From positions 1 through 40,480 of the forward strand of contig CBFGIY010000014.1 in NCBI GenBank assembly GCA_965648935.1: a DNA stretch of 40,480 nucleotides. The letters are read 5' to 3'. The position numbers and the translations under genes are program-made. Below the pieces are notes generated by a model. That model was not told where the DNA came from and made no database searches. It was given only the letters and a program-made list of their open reading frames with translations. How positions within the stretch are numbered: position 1 is the stretch's first letter; each line of letters begins with the position of its first letter. Of this stretch, positions 38,486 to 40,480 are shown piece after piece. This stretch comes from a candidate division WOR-3 bacterium. Lineage in GTDB: Bacteria > Hydrothermota > Tepidihabitantia > Tepidihabitantales > Tepidihabitantaceae.

Positions 38486-40387
38486 CTACTCGTCGAGCGT
38501 CGAGATGTCGCCGACTTCCTTGCCCAGGGCCTCGGCCTTGAGCAGGCGGCGCATTATCTTGCCCGAGCGGGTCTTGGGCAGCTTGTCGCGGAACTCGATG
38601 GAGTCGGGCCGCGCGATCGGGCCGATCTCGGTCGAGACCCACTTCTTGAGCTCGTCCTTCAGCGCGTCGGTCTTCTCGAAGCCGACCTTGAGCGTGACGT
38701 AGGCCTTGGGCACGTCGCCCTTGATCGGGTCGGGCACGCCGATGACCGCGGCCTCGGCCACGGCGGCGTGGGCCACGAGCGCGGACTCGATTTCGGCGGT
38801 GCCGAGCCGGTGCCCGGCGACGTTGAGCACCTCGTCGGCGCGGCCGCGGAACCAGAAGTAGCCGTCCTCGTCCTTGGTGCAGGAGTCGCCGGTGAGGTAC
38901 TTGCCCGGGAAGCGCGACCAGTAGGCTTCCTTGTAGCGCTCCGGGTCCTTGTAGAGGGTGCGCAGCATCGCGGGCCAGGGCTTGAGAAGAACCGCGAAGC
39001 CGTTCTCCATCGGCTTGACCGGCTTGCCCTCGCCATCAACCACGTCGGCGATGATGCCGGGCAGGGGGCGGGTGGCGGTGCCGGCCTTGAGCGGGGTGAT
39101 GGGCAGGGGCGATATCATGAAGTTGCCGGTCTCGGTCTGCCACCACGTGTCCATTATCGGCAGCTTGTCGCCGCCGATGTTGGCGCGGTACCAGCGCCAG
39201 GCCTCGGGGTTGATCGGCTCGCCGACCGAGCCGAGCAGGCGCAGGCTGGAGAGGTCGTGCTTCTTGGGGAACTCCTCGCCGAAGCGCATGAACATCCGGA
39301 TGGCGGTGGGCGAGGTGTAAAGAATCGTCACCCTCTCGCGGGCGATGATGCTCCACCAGCGGTCCGGGGCCGGCGTGTCGGGCGCGCCCTCGTAGAGCAC
39401 CGAGGTGGCGCCGTTCATCAGAGGCGCGTAGACGATGTAGGAGTGGCCGGTGACCCAGCCGACGTCGGCCGCGCACCAGTAGATGTCGTTGGGCTTGATG
39501 TCGAACACGAACTTCAGCGTCGAGTAGGTGCCGACCGCGTAGCCGCCGTGGACGTGGACGATACCCTTGGGCTTGCCGGTCGTGCCCGAGGTGTAGAGGA
39601 TGTAGAGCGGGTCCTCGGGGTCGAGCTGCTCGGTCGGGCACTCGTCAGACTCGCCCGCGGTGATCTCGTGCCACCACAGGTCGCGCCCCGGTTTCATCTC
39701 GACCGGGTTGCCGGCGCGCTTGAAGACGATGCAGTGCTCGAGCGAGGGGCAGTCGGCGATGCCCGGGTCGGCGTTGGCCTTGAGCGTGACGATCTTGCCG
39801 CGGCGGTAGCCGCCGTCAGTAGTGATGAGCAGCTTGGCCTCGGCGTCGTTGATGCGGTCGCGCAGCGAGGTGGAGGAGAAGCCGGAGAACACGACCGAGT
39901 GGATGGCGCCGAGCTTGGCGCAGGCGAGCATCGCCACGGGGAGCTGCGGGATCATCGGCATGAAGATGGTGACGCGGTCGCCCTTCTTGACGCCCAGCTT
40001 CTTCATCGCGTTGGCGAGCTTGTTGACCTCGCGGTAGAGCATCGCGTAGGTCCAGCGCTCGACCTTCTGGTCGGTGGGTTCGGGTTCGTAGATGAAGGCA
40101 ACGCGGTCCTTCACCTCGGTCTTCATGTGCCGGTCGAGGCAGTTGTGGACGATGTTGAAACTGCCGCCGGTGAACCACTTGTAGAACGGGGCGTTGGAGT
40201 CGTCAAGCACCTTCGTGTAGGGCTTGTACCACTCGAGTTCCTTTGCGACCTCGCCCCAGTACCAGTCGTGGTCCTCGGCCCGTTTGAGAAGCCCGTCAAG
40301 GTCGGCGATGCCGTGCTTCTTCATGAAGGCCGTGATGTTGGCGTTGTCCACCAACTCCTGCGGCGGTAGGTATCTCTCTTCTGCCAT
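38486..40387 (-). CDS. acs: Acetate--CoA ligase (AMP-forming acetyl-CoA synthetase)
   Basis: [53 protein letters not shown]. Confidence 0.96.
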   Translation of the reverse strand: MAEERYLPPQELVDNANITAFMKKHGIADLDGLLKRAEDHDWYWGEVAKELEWYKPYTKVLDDSNAPFYKWFTGGSFNIVHNCLDRHMKTEVKDRVAFIYEPEPTDQKVERWTYAMLYREVNKLANAMKKLGVKKGDRVTIFMPMIPQLPVAMLACAKLGAIHSVVFSGFSSTSLRDRINDAEAKLLITTDGGYRRGKIVTLKANADPGIADCPSLEHCIVFKRAGNPVEMKPGRDLWWHEITAGESDECPTEQLDPEDPLYILYTSGTTGKPKGIVHVHGGYAVGTYSTLKFVFDIKPNDIYWCAADVGWVTGHSYIVYAPLMNGATSVLYEGAPDTPAPDRWWSIIARERVTILYTSPTAIRMFMRFGEEFPKKHDLSSLRLLGSVGEPINPEAWRWYRANIGGDKLPIMDTWWQTETGNFMISPLPITPLKAGTATRPLPGIIADVVDGEGKPVKPMENGFAVLLKPWPAMLRTLYKDPERYKEAYWSRFPGKYLTGDSCTKDEDGYFWFRGRADEVLNVAGHRLGTAEIESALVAHAAVAEAAVIGVPDPIKGDVPKAYVTLKVGFEKTDALKDELKKWVSTEIGPIARPDSIEFRDKLPKTRSGKIMRRLLKAEALGKEVGDISTLDE

Positions 40388-40480
40388 TTCGCGTCCTCCT
40401 TTTGGGCTGGCGCTGGTAAGTTACGTTGTTATCGTGCGGTACCGGCCGACTCGGCCCGGGACTGACCATCCGGCCGGATG

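Overview
GC-rich chromosomal window from a diderm, probably anaerobic bacterium. Gene style is reminiscent of candidate division WOR-3, which is a tentative inference. The content is mostly housekeeping and metabolic: thiL (partial), a two-gene acyl-CoA dehydratase/activase-related pair, MazG-like, Wzi-like outer-membrane protein, tsaC, long-form greA, crotonase, thiolase, tsaE, mfd, a YfhO/flippase-like/GT4 glycosylation cluster, rpsT, tRNA-Phe, pdxJ-secD-secF-pgpA-cinA-thpR, nfeD-SPFH, P-type ATPase, tRNA-Arg, TPR, guaB, an XRE regulator and acs-OFA MFS-malic enzyme. No CRISPR, integrase, transposase or prophage was seen. Highlights: (1) an uncharacterised four-gene membrane module (3382-6643) that looks like two pairs of paralogous subunits and is a candidate novel transporter or membrane complex; (2) a four-helix-bundle (IVS/Avd-like) gene between crotonase and thiolase, flanked by inverted heptamer-repeat arms; (3) a 31-aa Lys-rich histone-tail-like gene missed by the ORF track, with its own promoter, RBS and a terminator abutting the mfd start; (4) an XRE gene with a perfect palindromic operator, preceded by a 12-nt-periodic tract; (5) recurrent leaderless or near-leaderless promoter geometry. 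All assignments come from reading motifs by eye; no searches were run.
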